Assembly: GCF_009914755.1 (NCBI RefSeq)
Contig: NC_060926.1
Source: the human T2T-CHM13v2.0 reference genome, Homo sapiens
DNA: 64,000 nucleotides
Direction: 5' to 3' (one strand)
Shown here piece after piece: positions 59,824 to 64,000 of this stretch. How positions within the stretch are numbered: position 1 is the stretch's first letter; every line of letters starts with the position of its first letter. A program made the position numbers and the translations under genes. Below the pieces are notes generated by a model. The model was not told the origin of the DNA and searched no databases. It saw nothing but the letters and a program-made list of their open reading frames with translations.

Positions 59824-60632
59824 TGTCTGCCAGGACAGGTGTTCTGAGGTAACATATGTGAAGCAGGTTCCCTGTGCACTGGTTACCAATTTGTCTGAGT
59901 CTGTTGAGACGGAACGCACTCAGATGCAAGGAGTTACCTAAAGCAGATGTATTCCTTACAGACAGGCAGCAAGAGACAACTCAAGCCCAGGTAGGACTCA
60001 ATGCAAGCTCATCCCCCAGGACTCAGGGTGGACAGAGCCTCACCTGGGCATATGCCACTTGCATTCCAGCTGAGGGACCCTGGAAGACAGCCTTCGCTGG
60101 ATGTACCCCAGGGACTGTGCAACCCACTGCACAAAGCTTTAAGGACATCCTGCTTCCAGGGGAGACAGAAACGGAGCGCAGGTGGGCCCTATCTCAGGAT
60201 ATTCCATCCCAAGCACATTCTACAGTGGTTCTTAAGAATTACTAGTAAGAAAGTGTGGATATCTGGGTTAGTCCAAGACCATCGGGAGAACTGTCTTGCA
60301 ACAAGCAATTGCAAAATCTCAGTGCCTAAAGCATCAACATTCTATTTCTCTCTCCTTTCTTGTATGCATGGCAGGTTGGCAGGAGCGCCTCGCTGAGTGG
60401 TCTTTACTCTGGAAATACAGCCTGGAATACTGGCGTCTCCATAGCTCTGTTATAAAGACAGCATGATTGATGACACCCTGGTCCTTAGAGCTTCAAATGT
60501 GCAGTGACATACATCACTTGTATAGCAAAAGTCATGTGGCCACACCCAATTCTGAAGGCTACAGAGTGCCTCTCTCACATACCTGGGAGGAGACCGAGAG
60601 ATATGTGGTGGTCAGCATGAAGGACCAGCACA
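59824..60632 (-). mobile_element. Old MLT1 (J/K/L-like) LTR split by an LTR40-like insertion
   Basis: gaggtaaca | ...caaaatctcagtgcctaaagca...aagtcatgtggccacaccca...accagcaca. Confidence 0.65.
59857..60300 (-). mobile_element. LTR40-like ERVL solo LTR
   Basis: tgtgaagcaggttccctgtgcactggttacca...gggagaactgtcttgca with TG...CA termini; interrupts the MLT1 LTR. Confidence 0.7.
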
Positions 60633-61799
60633 GCTACTTTTTACTTTTGGTTTTTGTTTTTCTTCACTTGTGGGCTGACTGTTTAGTTTGATTTTTAATG
60701 TTTGTTTAGACAAAAACAGCACATACTTTCAGTTCCTTTTTATGTAGTGTTTGTTATTTTCTAATAATCTCTTCTTGTTTTGAGTTCTTTGAACTCAGTA
60801 ATAAATATAAAACTTACAAATGCAGTGGTTATATGTGTTTATTTTTTCATTCTTTGGTTTTCAGCTTAGAATTCTATAGCACGAACTGACAGCACTTGCT
60901 TCTGAGCTTGTAAAATGTCTCTATTTTTTAATTGTAGCCTTTTATGATTTTGTATCTGAATGCATTTGTCTGCGTGTGTCCATGAGGAATGAAGCATCAT
61001 TAAGACCTATGTATTCCATGTATATTCCAGGATGTTTTAAACGTTCTCTTGAGATGGAAAAAAGGAAACAGAAGCCAAGGCTGTATGTATTTGTGGGGGT
61101 TGAGGGGGGAAGGGTCGAGCCAAGAGGGAGAGCTTAGAGTCTGGGATCACAGGGTCTTTTGCCTACTTCCATTGTGCCGTGAACTTAGTACACATTAGCG
61201 CACTGAAGCCGAATGTTCTAAGGGAGTATGTTTTATCCTTAGTATACAATGACAGACGTGAGGACTAGGCATCAGCCCAGTGTCGTCCATCTAGTCCGTC
61301 ACAGTGCTCGGGTCTGCTCGCTTTTTTGACAATGTGTTCATTTCCCCCTTTCTTTTCTTCCAGTTTGGGCAGGGGAGGGAGAAACTGAGAAGACTGAGTT
61401 AGGAGACAGCTAAGTTATCAACTACCCTACTTCGGTTACATTCCACATGTGGACCTCTGCCTTCTTCTTGAATTTCCCTATATATTTTGTTTCATTTCTA
61501 TTTTCTGGGCATCTCCTGGATTTAATGTCTTCTTTTCCTATATTTATTTTAATCCTTATTTCACGGGCATCCTTTGCCCTGCCTGACCTTCCATGTTCAC
61601 CAGTGCTCTGTCCCGTGCCCACGACTTTCTCTGCACTATATCCCAAGGGAAACCCTCTTCTCCACTGCCTTTCCCATCACTAAGAAGTCCATGACTATCA
61701 AATTTGTGACAGAAAGAGAAAGAAAGATTATCTCTTGTTATCTGTGTTATCATTAGTTGGACAAACTGCAATCTAAATTTAACGTACCAAAAAATATGT

Positions 61800-62567
61800 G
61801 CCTCTTCTATCTAGTGTTCTTCTCAACAAAGGACTTGTTATTCACCTAACGGTTTATGACAAAATATCACAAATTATCTTCTATATTTTCCTCTCTGTTG
61901 ATACATTGGGACAGCCACCAAATCCAGGCAATTCTACCTAAGTTTTATTCACGTATGTCCACTTACATCAACCTTTATTGCCACCACTTTAGTTTAAATT
62001 ACCATTATTTCTTTCTCACCATACTCCAAAATATTCCAAACGTTCTCTTTACAGTCACTCTTGCCTCCTCCTAGTTCTTTTTTTTTTAATCACAGAATTC
62101 ATAGGAATTCCATTTTGAAAAAAGTAAAAGTAATCATGCTCTATATTTGATTAAAATTTTCGAAACACTCCTAGTGCTCAGGGTAACCAGGTCTCCAAAA
62201 CATCATTATGAGCTGGTACCTGTCCACAGCTCTGGGCATCCTATCCCTTGATTAGTATTCTCTAGCCACACTGTCCTCTTCCTGATATACCTGAGCATCC
62301 CACTTTTTACCTTATTTGATCGTCTCCTAATTATTGTTTGGTCATGCAGTGAATATGACCATTCCAGGATCTTACAATTACCCTTCATAGCGTTTGTCAC
62401 AATGACTATCATTGTCTATTCAATTACTCAATACCTTTCTTTCCTACTAAGTGAAATACTCCAAGACGGCCAGCAATTTCTCTACCTTATGAATGCTGTT
62501 ATTTGAAATGCCTGGTACCTAATGCCTGATATATAGTAGGTATTTAAAACTATTTGTCTAATAAATA
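61800..62567 (+). mobile_element. L2 3' region
   Basis: ccaccaaatcc...ttctacctaa; ends aatgcctgatatatagtaggtatttaaaactatttgtctaataaat. Confidence 0.75.
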
Positions 62568-64000
62568 CAGTACTTAAAGATCACCTAGAAAAGACAATGG
62601 GAATATGTTTGAGAATAATGAAAAGTATTTCTAAAGAGAAAGCCAAATCTGTAGAAATTTCATAATAATAATCAAATTAGTCTGAAAAATAATTCTTTCA
62701 GAAAAGAGGTTCTAACAGAATTCTAAACATGTATCAAACTGATAAATTCTGTTTGTCTTTCAATACCCCAATCCAACCCTGTCCCCTGCCCAGAGCCTTC
62801 TTTTACCTATTCTGGTCTTCTGCCATGAATTCTAATGAATTTAGTTCTTGTCTTATATTCCTTGTTATCCAAGTACTTCCTCAGAGCTAAGATCTTTCCT
62901 TTGTACTTAGCGTCCAATTTTGTGCATATTAAGTAATCATTAAACCTTTACTAAATAAATATGTTCCGAGTGATTTATTACAGAATACTAAATATCAGCA
63001 AGTGTTAATGGAAGACCTATTATGACCCAGACAATGTAATAGACCACAATTCTGCAAAATATAAATAAATAAAAATAAGAACAACTTATAGCCCTTACCC
63101 TAAAGAGTCCTACTCTTACTTGGGACCCCTTTATAGTCTAGTTCTATCACTCATGATGCCCCACTCTGTGTCCTAATTCCAACACCTCCTAAGAGGAAAC
63201 AAGAGAATCATGCCCTGCTTCCCAGCAACTGCTAGAGTAAACCCATGCTTCATAAACCCTGATACAATGCATCAAATTAAAAGTGTACGTGCCTCATAAT
63301 TCATTTTTATTTACTGAAAATTTGGCTTACCACTGTTATAATATTGCATATGATTAATTATGCCATAAAATTTGTATGTTCAAGCTTATGTTTGACTCTG
63401 TAAAAGGATCCATGCCTGTTTTTTTGTATTCTATAGAGAGCTCAACACAATGCATTGAGTTTCTATTTGCATGATATTTACATAAATTTGCATTTCCACA
63501 TACTCCTATTAATTTTACATAAGAAGTACATCTAACTCGATGGACTATAAAATATAATCTTATGGCCTATAAAAGAAGTATAACTATTTTAAGAAACTGA
63601 TTAATGCAGGAAGTTAGCAAAAAGTATAGAATATGTGTAAAAATACTAAAAATCATAACTCCCCATTGCATAAGGATTTCTATTTGAAAAACATTCCCAA
63701 TTGCTCCCCCATCTGAAGCTTTTTAGATAAGTAGATCAGAGATGACATCGACCTTACCAGAAAAAACTGTGTCCTAGAAGTTAAGGGTTATCACCAAGGT
63801 CAAGGAATAGCTTCCTGGCACAATCACAACTTGAAGTCCTGACCCAAATCTGCAAAGCTGATGCTCATTTCACCTGTTTCCGGGTAATGAGTACACAGAG
63901 TTATGAGAGGCAGTATGAAAGAGAACTCTCTTACAGATGAGAGAAGCTACAGAACTCCAACCTTCTTCCCTCTTCCTCTGACGTTCTCACTCCTCCCACT

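Noticed and set aside
59874-60396. Overlapping 123-aa and 131-aa ORFs
   Set aside because: They lie inside LTR40-like and MLT1 LTR sequence, where higher GC makes stop codons rarer.

Overview
AT-rich primate (very likely human) non-coding DNA, intergenic or deep intronic. Roughly 60% is recognisable transposable-element sequence: 13 full-length Alus (one human-specific-type AluYa4/Ya5), several old and young L1s, MaLR and ERVL LTRs including a complete MSTB-type provirus, DNA-transposon relics (Tigger2-family, MER63, MADE1, MER5), MIR and L2. I find no credible protein-coding gene, RNA gene, CpG island or CRISPR-like array. The ORF track is explained by Alu, L1 or LTR sequence or by chance. 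I found no undescribed biological system. The points worth follow-up are: a multi-layer TE nest at 1.1-5.2 kb in which every target-site duplication (TSD) is still readable; a twin-priming micro-inversion in an L1PA; a very young, possibly polymorphic Alu; an almost spacer-less inverted Alu pair; internally deleted L1s; and several unique, motif-dense candidate enhancers. Subfamily names come from remembered consensus sequences and were not computed. Boundaries of old L1, L2 and MIR pieces are approximate.
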